The notes under the pieces: generated by a model
The model's database searches: none
Told to the model about the DNA's origin: nothing
The model's input: only the letters and a program-made list of their open reading frames with translations
Shown here: piece by piece, positions 42,785 to 51,374 of the stretch
How the letters are laid out: each line of letters begins with the position of its first letter
Position numbering within the stretch: position 1 is the first letter of the stretch
Assembly (NCBI GenBank): GCA_018266075.1
Contig: JAFEBB010000025.1
Coordinates: 26,613-90,612, forward strand
Reading direction: 5' to 3'
DNA: 64,000 nt
From: Deltaproteobacteria bacterium
GTDB lineage: Bacteria > Myxococcota > Myxococcia > Myxococcales > SZAS-1
Position numbers and translations under genes: made by a program

Positions 42785-44872
42785 GTGGCTTCTTCGAGCA
42801 AGAAGGCGCTGGCGGAGTTCCTCTCCGAGTCGCAGGAGATCGTCGAGGCCTTTGCCGCGAACCTGCTGCGGCTCGACGTGGAGAAGGGCGAGCCCGACCC
42901 GGAGCTGGTGAACGCGATTTTTCGTGGCGCCCACTCGCTCAAGGGCCTGGCGGGCATGTTCGGCGTGGGGCGGCTCTCGGACCTCGCGCACAACGCCGAG
43001 GATCTGCTCGACGCCCTGCGCATGGGGCGTGCGCGCTTCGACCGCGCGGCCGTGGATCTGCTGCTCGAGTTCGCGAACCTGGCGACCGCGTTGATCGGCG
43101 AGGTGGCGCGCGGCGAGGAGAGCCCGGCGAGTGGGGCGTCGGTGACCCAGCTCGTTTCGCGGCTGCAGACCGCCTCGCGACCAGCGCCGCCGACGACGTC
43201 GGTCGATCCGCTCGATGCGATGGGCCTGGACGCCTCGGTGCGCGCGGTGCTCACGGAGTACGAGGAGCACCGGCTCCGCGAGAACGTGAAGAAGGGCCTG
43301 CGGCTCTTGCGCGTGCGCGCGCGCTTCGAGCTGGCCACGTTCGATCAAGGCCTCGCTGACCTGAACGGCCGATTGAAACCATCGGGTGAAGTGATCTCCA
43401 CCCTGCCATCGCCAGAGCCCGGCGAAGGCATCGCGTTCGACCTGCTCTTCGGGACCGCGAGCGCGCCGGACGACGTCCGCAAGGTGCTCACGGGTCTGCC
43501 CGTTGAGGTGAACGCCCTCGGCGGCAGCCAGGAACCAGGAACCAGGAACCAGGAACCCGTCATTGCGACGCCTCCCACCCAGGCCGCGCCGGTCTTCGCC
43601 CGCAAGCCGGAATCTCCTGCGTCGCCGATCAGCGTCGCCGACGACATCTCGCTGCGCTCGGTGAGCCAGACGGTGCGCGTGGACATCACCAAGCTCGACC
43701 GCTTGATGAACACCGTCGGCGAGCTGGTGGTGAGCAAGACGAACTTGCAGCGGCTCGCGGAAGCGCTGCGCGCCGAGCGTGATCCGGCGGCCTCGCGCGC
43801 GCTCCAGGGCGAGCTCTCGCGCGAGACGCGCACCCTGGAGCGCAAGCTCAACGAGCTCCAGGGCGGCATCCTCGAAGTGCGCATGGTTCCGCTGGAGCAG
43901 GTGTTCGACAAGCTGGCGCGGCTGGTCCGCAAGATTGCCCGCGACGCCGGCAAGGAGCTCGACTTCAAGGTCTCCGGCGGCGACGTGGAGCTCGACAAGC
44001 TCATCGTGGAAGAGCTCAGCGATCCGCTGATGCACCTCATCCGCAACGCCATCGACCACGGCATCGAGCTTCCCGACGAGCGCGAGCGGCAGGGCAAGCA
44101 ACGCCGCGGCACGGTGGCAATGAGCGCGCGGCAGCAGGGCAACCACGTGGTCATCGAGGTGTCCGACGACGGCGCGGGCATCGACGACGAGCGCGTGCGC
44201 GCCGAGGCCATCCACCGCGGGCTCACCACCGAGCGCGCGGCGGAGGAGCTCAGCCGTCGCGACCTCTTCAACTTCCTCTTCGTGCCCGGCTTCTCCACGG
44301 CGCGCAGCGTGACCGAGCTCTCCGGCCGCGGCGTGGGCATGGACGTGGTGAAGACCAACATCGCCAACCTCTCCGGCATCATCGACGTGGCCAGCGAGCG
44401 CGGCGCCGGTACGCGCTTCTCCATCACGCTCCCGGAGACGCTCGCCATCCTGCGCGCGCTGCTCGTGGACGCCGCCGGCCGCCGCTACGCCGTGCCGCTC
44501 AACAGCGTGCTGGAGATCGTGGAGGTGAAGGTCCACGAGGTGGGCACGCTCGAGGGCCGCGAGGTGATGACCTTGCGCGGCCAGAGCTTGCCGCTGGTGC
44601 GCCTGGCGCGGCTTTTCAAGCACCCGGAGCAGCCGCCGCAACACTTGTACGTCGTCGTGGTGGGCCTGGCGCAGGAGCGGCTGGGCATCGCCGTGGACGG
44701 GCTGCGCGGCCAGCAGGACATCGTCATCAAGCCGCTGGGGAAGGTGCTCGGGCCCGTGCCGGGAATCGCCGGCGCGACGGACCTCGGCAATCGCCGGACG
44801 GTGCTGGTGCTCGACGTGGGCGCCATCGTGGAAGAGGTCCTCTCGCCCACCCGCGATCGTCAGGTGGCCTGA
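42785..44872 (+). CDS. cheA: Chemotaxis-type histidine kinase CheA
   Basis: Hpt (FRGAHSLKGLAGMFG), dimerisation, HATPase (DDGAGID, GRGVGMDVV) and C-terminal CheW-like domains. No receiver domain. Confidence 0.95.
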   Translation: MASSSKKALAEFLSESQEIVEAFAANLLRLDVEKGEPDPELVNAIFRGAHSLKGLAGMFGVGRLSDLAHNAEDLLDALRMGRARFDRAAVDLLLEFANLATALIGEVARGEESPASGASVTQLVSRLQTASRPAPPTTSVDPLDAMGLDASVRAVLTEYEEHRLRENVKKGLRLLRVRARFELATFDQGLADLNGRLKPSGEVISTLPSPEPGEGIAFDLLFGTASAPDDVRKVLTGLPVEVNALGGSQEPGTRNQEPVIATPPTQAAPVFARKPESPASPISVADDISLRSVSQTVRVDITKLDRLMNTVGELVVSKTNLQRLAEALRAERDPAASRALQGELSRETRTLERKLNELQGGILEVRMVPLEQVFDKLARLVRKIARDAGKELDFKVSGGDVELDKLIVEELSDPLMHLIRNAIDHGIELPDERERQGKQRRGTVAMSARQQGNHVVIEVSDDGAGIDDERVRAEAIHRGLTTERAAEELSRRDLFNFLFVPGFSTARSVTELSGRGVGMDVVKTNIANLSGIIDVASERGAGTRFSITLPETLAILRALLVDAAGRRYAVPLNSVLEIVEVKVHEVGTLEGREVMTLRGQSLPLVRLARLFKHPEQPPQHLYVVVVGLAQERLGIAVDGLRGQQDIVIKPLGKVLGPVPGIAGATDLGNRRTVLVLDVGAIVEEVLSPTRDRQVA
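43528..43557 (+). repeat. Heptanucleotide tandem repeat (CCAGGAA)x4 + CC inside cheA
   Basis: Read directly: gcag CCAGGAA CCAGGAA CCAGGAA CCAGGAA CC cgtc. It encodes [10 protein letters not shown] in the P1-P2 linker. The unit length is not a multiple of 3. Confidence 0.95.
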
Positions 44873-44876
44873 CCAA

Positions 44877-45464
44877 ATGGACCCGACTCGTCCCACCAGC
44901 GGCGGCGCTCGACCGGTCACCAACCCGGGTGCGCGGAACACCGTCGTGGACGCGCCGGGGCTCGAGGAGTTCTTCCTCCGCTCGGACGAGCAGCCCGCAC
45001 AAGAGGCGTCGACGGGCGTGGCCATCGATCCCCTCGAGGAGCTCTTGCTCTTCGCGCTGGGCAACGAGTGGTTCGCGCTGCCGGTGCCGCTCCTGCGCGA
45101 GATCGTCATGCCGCCGCCGCTCTCGGAAGTTCCGCGCGCGCGCGCCTCGGTGCTTGGCGTGACCATGCTCCGCGGCGAGGTGGTGCCGGTGATGGACCCG
45201 CGGCAGAAGCTGCGCCTCGGGGAGCGCCTGCCCGCCGGGCACGGCACGCGCGTGGTGATCGTCGACGTCGGCGACGGGCCGCTCGGGCTCTGGGTGGACA
45301 AGGTGGTGCAGGTGCTGCGCGTGCGCGCGAGTCAGCTCGAGGAGCCGCCGCCGGGCGTGGCCGTCGAGGGCGATCCCGTGGTGCGCATTGGCCGGCAGGG
45401 CGAGCGGCTCTACGGCGTGCTGGACATGGGGCTCTTGCTCGTCGACGACGGCGAGGAGGGCTGA
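44877..45464 (+). CDS. cheW: CheW-like coupling protein
   Basis: CheW domain LLLFALGNEWFALPVPLLREIV...VLGVTMLRGEVVPVMD, with a ~45-aa N-terminal extension. Confidence 0.85.
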   Translation: MDPTRPTSGGARPVTNPGARNTVVDAPGLEEFFLRSDEQPAQEASTGVAIDPLEELLLFALGNEWFALPVPLLREIVMPPPLSEVPRARASVLGVTMLRGEVVPVMDPRQKLRLGERLPAGHGTRVVIVDVGDGPLGLWVDKVVQVLRVRASQLEEPPPGVAVEGDPVVRIGRQGERLYGVLDMGLLLVDDGEEG

Positions 45465-45465
45465 C

Positions 45466-45957
45466 GTGACCACGCCGGAGCCCTCCGCCATCGCGCCGCT
45501 CTGCGCCTTCGCCGTGGGCGAGCAGGAGTACGTCATCGACGTGATGCGCATCCGCAGCATCGTGCGCCCGCTGCCGGTGACCGCCGTGCCGCACGCGCCG
45601 CCGTTCGTGGAGGGGATGATCGAGCTGCGCGGGGCCGTGATTCCGGTGGTCGATCTGCGCAAGCGGCTGGGCGCGCCGGCCGTGCCGCCGGGGCCCAAGG
45701 CGCGTATGCTCGTGGTGCTCGTCGGGGGACGTGAGGTGGCGTTGCTGGTCGACCGGGTCCTCGAGGTGATGCGAATCCCCCGCTCGGCGGTGCGCGCGGC
45801 GCCGCCCTTGCTGGGCGGTAACGGTCCCAAGTTCTACCTGGGCGTTTGCGACGCCACCGTGCGCGGCGAGACGCGGCTGCGGCTCCTGCTCAATTTGCGC
45901 GCGCTGCTCGAGTCGGTGGATGCGGTGCCGCGGGCGCTGGTCGGAGGCGCGCCGTGA
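45466..45957 (+). CDS. cheW: CheW-like coupling protein (second)
   Basis: GTG 45466, in frame with track ORF 45388..45957, 1 nt after the cheW1 stop. LCAFAVGEQEYVIDVMRIRSIV...VEGMIELRGAVIPVVDL. Confidence 0.85.
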   Translation: MTTPEPSAIAPLCAFAVGEQEYVIDVMRIRSIVRPLPVTAVPHAPPFVEGMIELRGAVIPVVDLRKRLGAPAVPPGPKARMLVVLVGGREVALLVDRVLEVMRIPRSAVRAAPPLLGGNGPKFYLGVCDATVRGETRLRLLLNLRALLESVDAVPRALVGGAP

Positions 45958-47933
45958 CCGCCGAGCTCACCGGCGGCGAGGAGAGCCGCTACCGCGCCGT
46001 GCGCGAGCTCTCGCTCGAGTCGCCCAAGGCGTTGGAGCAGCTCCTCGAACGGCTCTCCGACGAGAGCTGGCGCGTGCGGAAAGCGGCCGTCGAGCGGCTC
46101 GCCGAGGTGAAGCCCGTGGCGCGCGCGCTGCCGCACCTGGTGGCCGCGCTGGGCAAGGGCGATGACGCGCAGGCGCGAAACGCCGCCGCCGAAGCGCTCG
46201 CGCGAATCGGTGCGCCGGCCGTTGCGGCGCTCGCGGAGCGGCTCGGCAGCGACGACGGCGACGTGCGCAAGTTCGCCGCGGACATCCTCGGCGAGATCGG
46301 CCACGCCGACGCCATCGAGCCGCTCGCGCAGGCGCTCGACGACAAAGATCGCAACGTGCGGGCCGCCGCGGCCGAGGGACTCGGGAAGATCGGCGGGCCG
46401 CGCGCAGCCGTCGCTTTGGAGCGCGCGCTGAAGGCCGACGATCACCTGCTGCGCGTGTCGGCGCTGGATGGGCTCGCGCGCATCGGCGCCGTGCCGCGGA
46501 CGGAGACGCTCGAGCCGCTCGCGCGCGATCGCTTCTTGCGTCGGCCCGTGTATCGCTTGCTCGGACGACAGACCGGCGATCGCGCGCTGGAGCTGCTCCT
46601 TCAAGGTTTGAGCGATCCGGGCCGCAGCACGCGGGAAGCGGCGCTCGCCGGCATCGCCGAGCAGACGCGCCGGGCGACGGGGTTCTTCTGGGGACGCCTG
46701 GTGCTGCTCGTGCACCGCGTGCCCGGCGGGACGGCGCCGCTGCTCAAGGCCGCGCTGGAGGCCCTGGGTCGTGAAGAGCCGGCCGCTGTCGAGGGCGCGG
46801 TCCTCATCCTGGGCGCGCTGCAGCACGCGGACGCCGCCGTCGCTGTTGCCGATCTCGGCGGCACCGAGCGCTACCGCGAGGCCGCGAGCACCGCGCTGTC
46901 GGCCATGGGCGCCGCGGCTGTGGCACCGCTCGCGGCCGGCGTCGACAAGCTCGCGCCGAGCGCGCTCTCGCTCGCGGCCGATGTGCTCGGCGAGCCGCAC
47001 GCGAACGCGCTCTCGAGTCGCGCATTGGGCGCGCTCGACACGGCGACGCCGGAGCTCGCTTCGGAGCTCTTGGATCTGCTCGGGCGGATCGGCGGACCCG
47101 CGTCGGTCGAAGGGCTGCTCGCGCGCGTGGATGATCCGCTGCTCGGCGAGAGCGCGCGACGGGCGCTGGATCAGGTGGCCGCGCGTCATGGACAGGCGCT
47201 GGTCGAGCGCGCGCGTCAGCTCTGGGCGCAGGATCGCTCGCCGGCCACGCTCTTCCTGCTCGGCGCCGTGGGCGGACCGTCGGAGCTCGACGCCGTCCGC
47301 GAGGCACTGCACGAGAGCGATCCCACGATGCGCGTGGCTGCCGTGCGCGCGCTCGCCTCGCGGGGCCAGACCGACGCTGCCGAGGCGGTGGCTGCAACAC
47401 TCACCGACGAAGCCGCAGAAGTTCGCGCAGCTTCGGTGCGTGCGCTGAACGCGCTCAAGCACGCGCAGCTGGAGACGGTGGTTCAGTCCGCGCTCGCGGA
47501 TCCGGCGCCGCGGGTGGCGCTCGCCGCGGCCGAGGTCGCAGGTGTTGCACGGCTTCGCTCGCTCGTGCCTGCGCTCACGCAACTGGTCGAGCGCGGCACC
47601 GGCTCGGCCGCGCTGGCGGCGCTCGAGGCCCTGGAGCGGCTCGACGGGCTCGAGGCCGGTCTCCTCGCGCGCGCCAGCGAGCACGCGCACGCCGAAGTGA
47701 GCCGCGCGGCGCTGGAGCTCGCCGCAGGAAGAGCAGGGGGCCTGACGCTCTTGCGCGAGCGGCTGCGGCACGCGCGCTGGGAGGTCCGTCGCGCGGCCGC
47801 GCGGGTCGCGGGACGCGTCGGCGACCGCAAGCTGGTGCCCGAGCTGCAAGCGCGGCTCGAGTCCGACGAGGATCCGCTGGTGGTCGAGGCGCTGCACCAG
47901 GCCATCGCGGCCATTCAGGCCCGGGGAGGCTGA
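45954..47933 (+). CDS. HEAT-repeat (PBS-lyase-type) protein
   Basis: GTG 45954 overlaps the cheW2 stop (GTGA). Many repeats of the type D..VR..AA.ALG.IG...A...L across ~660 aa. Confidence 0.8.
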   Translation: MTAELTGGEESRYRAVRELSLESPKALEQLLERLSDESWRVRKAAVERLAEVKPVARALPHLVAALGKGDDAQARNAAAEALARIGAPAVAALAERLGSDDGDVRKFAADILGEIGHADAIEPLAQALDDKDRNVRAAAAEGLGKIGGPRAAVALERALKADDHLLRVSALDGLARIGAVPRTETLEPLARDRFLRRPVYRLLGRQTGDRALELLLQGLSDPGRSTREAALAGIAEQTRRATGFFWGRLVLLVHRVPGGTAPLLKAALEALGREEPAAVEGAVLILGALQHADAAVAVADLGGTERYREAASTALSAMGAAAVAPLAAGVDKLAPSALSLAADVLGEPHANALSSRALGALDTATPELASELLDLLGRIGGPASVEGLLARVDDPLLGESARRALDQVAARHGQALVERARQLWAQDRSPATLFLLGAVGGPSELDAVREALHESDPTMRVAAVRALASRGQTDAAEAVAATLTDEAAEVRAASVRALNALKHAQLETVVQSALADPAPRVALAAAEVAGVARLRSLVPALTQLVERGTGSAALAALEALERLDGLEAGLLARASEHAHAEVSRAALELAAGRAGGLTLLRERLRHARWEVRRAAARVAGRVGDRKLVPELQARLESDEDPLVVEALHQAIAAIQARGG

Positions 47934-47936
47934 GCC

Positions 47937-48788
47937 GTGGCCCTGGGGCCCGCTCCGGTGGAGATGACGCCGGAGGAGTTTCGCCTCCTGAGCGAGCAGC
48001 TCTACGCCTACTCGGGCCTGCTCTTCCGCGAGGAGATGAAGTACCTGCTCGAGCGGCGCCTTCAAGTGCGCTTGCAGGAGCTCGAGCTCGGCGACTTCGG
48101 CGCGTACTACCGCTTCCTTCGCTACGACGCCGGCGGCCGCGACGAGCTGGCCATCGCCACCGAGCTCCTGCTCACCCACGAGACGTACTTCTTCCGCGAG
48201 CCGGAGCAGCTGCGCTCGTTCGCGTCGGAGGTGTTGCCGCAGCTCGCGCAGGAGAAGGCGACCAGCAAGCGGCTGCGCATCTGGAGCGCGGGCTGCGCCA
48301 CCGGCGAGGAGCCGTACACGCTGGCGATGATGCTGCTCGACTCGGGGCTGTTCGAGGGCTGGGACGCGACCGTCTACGGATCGGACTTGTCGCGGCGCGT
48401 GCTCACCCAGGCCCGGCGCGGCGTGTACGGAGAGAGCGCCATGCGCGCCATGCCGCCCGACGCGCTCGCGCGCCACTTCGACACCACCGGGCCGGGGCAG
48501 CACCGCGTGCGCGACGAGGTCCGTCGGCGGGTGACGTTTGGGCAGGTGAACCTGCTCGATGATCAGAACCTGGCGCTGGTGGGGCGCATGGACGCCATCT
48601 TCTGCCGCAACGTGATGATCTACTTCGACCTGCCCGCGCGGCGGCGCGTGCTGCGCCACTTCTACGACAAGCTCGCCGAGGGCGGATATCTTCTGCTCGG
48701 GCACTCGGAGAACCTCATCAACGTGACCGCCGACTTCGAGCTGGTGCACCTGCGCGGCGACCTCGTCTACCGCAGGCCGAGGAGCTGA
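47937..48788 (+). CDS. cheR: Chemotaxis protein methyltransferase CheR
   Basis: THETYFFRE and IWSAGCATGEEPYTLAM (SAM-binding) motifs. Confidence 0.9.
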   Translation: MALGPAPVEMTPEEFRLLSEQLYAYSGLLFREEMKYLLERRLQVRLQELELGDFGAYYRFLRYDAGGRDELAIATELLLTHETYFFREPEQLRSFASEVLPQLAQEKATSKRLRIWSAGCATGEEPYTLAMMLLDSGLFEGWDATVYGSDLSRRVLTQARRGVYGESAMRAMPPDALARHFDTTGPGQHRVRDEVRRRVTFGQVNLLDDQNLALVGRMDAIFCRNVMIYFDLPARRRVLRHFYDKLAEGGYLLLGHSENLINVTADFELVHLRGDLVYRRPRS

Positions 48789-48794
48789 CCCGCG

Positions 48795-49838
48795 ATGGCG
48801 CTCCGCAAGCTCCGCGTACTGGTGATCGACGACTCGGCGCTCAACCGGCGCCTGCTGTCCGATCTCTTGTCCGACGACCCGGATGTGGAGGTCATCGCCA
48901 CCGCGGCCGACGGCGAAGAGGGCCTCAAGCTCGCGCTCTCCGAGCGGCCCGACGCGGTGATCCTCGATTTGCAGATGCCGCGCGTGGACGGCTTCACCTT
49001 CCTGCGGCTCCTGATGGCCAAGCGGCCCACGCCGGTGGTCGTGTTCTCGAGCTACGCGCGCAAGGCCGACGCGTTCCGCGCGCTGGAGCTCGGCGCCATC
49101 GACTTCGTGGCGCGACCGGGACGGCCGCTTTCCCCGGGTGATCCGGTGGTCGCGGAGCTGATTCAGAAGCTCAAGGGGGTGCGGCTGCTCGGTCCGGGCG
49201 CGCTTCGAGCGGGTCGAACCACGACGGGAGAGTTGCAGATGGCGCGACGCCCCGCGCGCATCGCCGTCATCGGCGCGTCGACGGGCGGACCTCCGGCCAT
49301 CACCCGCTTGCTGAGCCGGTTGCCCGCGGATCTGCCGATGGCCGTGCTCATCGCGCAGCACATGCCGGAGAAGTTCACCAAGGCGTTCGCCGAGCGGCTC
49401 AATCGCTCCAGCTCCTTCGAGGTCGACGAGGCCGGCGATGGCGAAGAGATTCAGGCCGGTCGCGCGCTGATTTCACCCGGTGGCGGCGACCTGGTGATCA
49501 GCCGTCGCGGCGAGCGGCTCTGCGTGCGGGTGCTCACCGGCGAGTCGAAGCGCAAGTATCGCCCGAGCGTCGACGCGCTCTTCGAGAGCGCCGCCGCCGT
49601 GGGGCACGAGCTCGGCGTGGGCATCGCCGGCGCGGTGCTCACCGGCATGGGCGCCGATGGGAGAGAGGGCATCATCGCGCTGCAGAAGGCCGGCGCGCTC
49701 ACCCTCGCCGAGAGCCCGGAGACGGCTGTCATCTGGGGCATGCCCAAGGAGGCCGTCGACACCGGTCGCGTGTCGCGCGTGCTCCCGCTCGACGCGCTCA
49801 TCGAGGCGCTCGTGCGATTTGGACGCGAAGGACGCTGA
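48795..49838 (+). CDS. cheB: Chemotaxis response regulator protein-glutamate methylesterase CheB
   Basis: Receiver domain (VLVIDDS...ILDLQMP) plus an esterase domain (IGASTGGP...). Confidence 0.9.
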   Translation: MALRKLRVLVIDDSALNRRLLSDLLSDDPDVEVIATAADGEEGLKLALSERPDAVILDLQMPRVDGFTFLRLLMAKRPTPVVVFSSYARKADAFRALELGAIDFVARPGRPLSPGDPVVAELIQKLKGVRLLGPGALRAGRTTTGELQMARRPARIAVIGASTGGPPAITRLLSRLPADLPMAVLIAQHMPEKFTKAFAERLNRSSSFEVDEAGDGEEIQAGRALISPGGGDLVISRRGERLCVRVLTGESKRKYRPSVDALFESAAAVGHELGVGIAGAVLTGMGADGREGIIALQKAGALTLAESPETAVIWGMPKEAVDTGRVSRVLPLDALIEALVRFGREGR

Positions 49839-49901
49839 GCGTTCCGTCCGATCGCGGGACGTGGGCCGTGGGTCCTGCGGCCGATGCGGGTGGTGCACGG
49901 C

Positions 49902-51317
49902 CTACTGGCAGTAGCCGCTGGATCTGCAGGTGCTGCCCGTGCCGCAACCCCAGCCCGGATCGGTGCAGGGCGGCTGACAGATGCCGTTCGTCGCCAGGCC
50001 GCCGTCGACGTAGTCGTAGGGCCAGCAGAGGTACCCGAGGTGGCAGCTCGAGCGGCCGCCGCCCGGGCTGTTGCACGCCTGCTGGCAGAGCGCGAAGGTG
50101 CCGAACGACGCGCACGTGCCCGTGGGGCCGCACGCCCCCGCAGGCGCGAAGTCGCAGTCCGCGAGGCAGTAGCCGTTGGGCCAGCCGTCGCCGCCGCCGT
50201 CGGGGAAGAAGGGCGTGGCGCAGAACGCGTCGGCGTCGGTGCACTGCGCGTCGCTGGTGCAGGCCGTGCCCGGGACGCCCGAGCCCAGCGGCGTGGGATC
50301 GCAGTAGCCCTGCGCGTTGCAGGTGTAGCCCGTCGCGCACGGATAGGTGGCGCAGTTGGTGTCGCAGATGCCGGTGGAGGCCACGCCGCCCGTGGAGTCG
50401 TACCAGAAGTCGCAGACGTAGCCCGAGCGGCACGTCGACTGCCCGCCGCGAATCGACGGACACGACTGCATGCAGAACTGCCCCGTGGTGTAGCTCACGC
50501 ACTCCCCGCCCAGGCAAATGGAGGCGTTGGCGCTGCAATCACCCGTGCAGTAGCCGCCAGGCCAAGCGCTGCTGAGCTGGCAGTAGCCGTCGCTGCCGCA
50601 GGGCGCATTCGAGGTGCACGCGGCGCCGCTCTCCACGCCGATGACGCCCGTTGTGCCCGTGCTGCCGGTGGTCGTGCTGCTGCTGGTGGTGCCCGTGGTG
50701 CCGGTGGTGCTCGTTGCGGTGCTGGTCGACGTCGAAGTCGTGGTCGATGTCGACGTCCCGGTGGTTGTGGTGCTGCTGCTCGAGGAGGTGGTGCTGCTCG
50801 AGCTCGACGAAGAGGTGCTCGAGGTGGCGCTGCTCGAGCTCGACGTGGTCGACGACGACAACCCGCCGGTGGTGCTGGTGCTCGCGCTGCTGCCCGTGGT
50901 CGACGTCGACGACGCGCCGGTCCCGGTGGTGCTCGCGGCGCTGCTCGAGGACGAGGAGCGGCCGGTGGTGCCGGTCGTGGATGACGCGCTCGAGCCCGAA
51001 GTGGATGCCGAGCTCGAGCTCGAGCCGTGGGTGCCCTCGATGGTGCCGCCGCTCGAGCCGCCGGACGCGCCCGAGCCAGACCCGCCGCCGATGGCGATGC
51101 CCGTGCTGGCGCCACTCGCCGACGCGGTCCCCACCGGCGGACAGCGCTTCTCCTCGCCGGGCGACTGGATGCAGTAGCCGCTCCTGCACTGCGCGGGCAG
51201 GGCGCAGTCGTTGTCCGACTCGCAGCGGATGCATTTGAACGTGGGGGAGCTTCCGCAGCCCGCAAGGGCCACGAGCAGCAGCGCGCTCAAACCCCCGAGG
51301 ATTGACGGCAACCGCAC
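49902..51317 (-). CDS. Cys-rich lipoprotein with very long Ser/Thr linker
   Basis: MRLPSILGGLSALLLVALAGC lipobox, an N-terminal 6-Cys knot (CIRCESDNDCALPAQCRSGYC...C), ~160 aa of S/T/G, then a ~240-aa C-terminal Cys-rich region. Confidence 0.8.
   Translation of the reverse strand: MRLPSILGGLSALLLVALAGCGSSPTFKCIRCESDNDCALPAQCRSGYCIQSPGEEKRCPPVGTASASGASTGIAIGGGSGSGASGGSSGGTIEGTHGSSSSSASTSGSSASSTTGTTGRSSSSSSAASTTGTGASSTSTTGSSASTSTTGGLSSSTTSSSSSATSSTSSSSSSSTTSSSSSTTTTGTSTSTTTSTSTSTATSTTGTTGTTSSSTTTGSTGTTGVIGVESGAACTSNAPCGSDGYCQLSSAWPGGYCTGDCSANASICLGGECVSYTTGQFCMQSCPSIRGGQSTCRSGYVCDFWYDSTGGVASTGICDTNCATYPCATGYTCNAQGYCDPTPLGSGVPGTACTSDAQCTDADAFCATPFFPDGGGDGWPNGYCLADCDFAPAGACGPTGTCASFGTFALCQQACNSPGGGRSSCHLGYLCWPYDYVDGGLATNGICQPPCTDPGWGCGTGSTCRSSGYCQ
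50646..51131 (-). repeat. Ser/Thr/Gly low-complexity coding tract
   Basis: Encodes ...SSSSSASTSGSSASSTTGTTGRSSSSSSAASTTGTGASSTSTTGSSASTSTTGG...TSTSTSTATSTTGTTGTTSSSTTTGSTGTTG. Confidence 0.85.
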
Positions 51318-51374
51318 GACACGCCTCCACGATCGACTTCCCAGTCTATGTCGAAAGTGTGTGGGCGTGTCGCG

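Noticed and set aside
42392-45301. 969-aa minus-strand ORF across cheY/cheA/cheW
   Set aside because: Antisense to genes with canonical CheY/CheA/CheW motifs. The composition is artefactual (runs of R, A, G, H) and there is no recognisable domain.
45834-49361. 1175-aa ORF on the minus strand, the longest in the window
   Set aside because: It is antisense to the HEAT-repeat, cheR and cheB genes, which have unmistakable motifs. Its product is Arg/Ala/Gly/Pro-rich low-information sequence typical of off-frame translation in high-GC DNA, where stop codons are rare.
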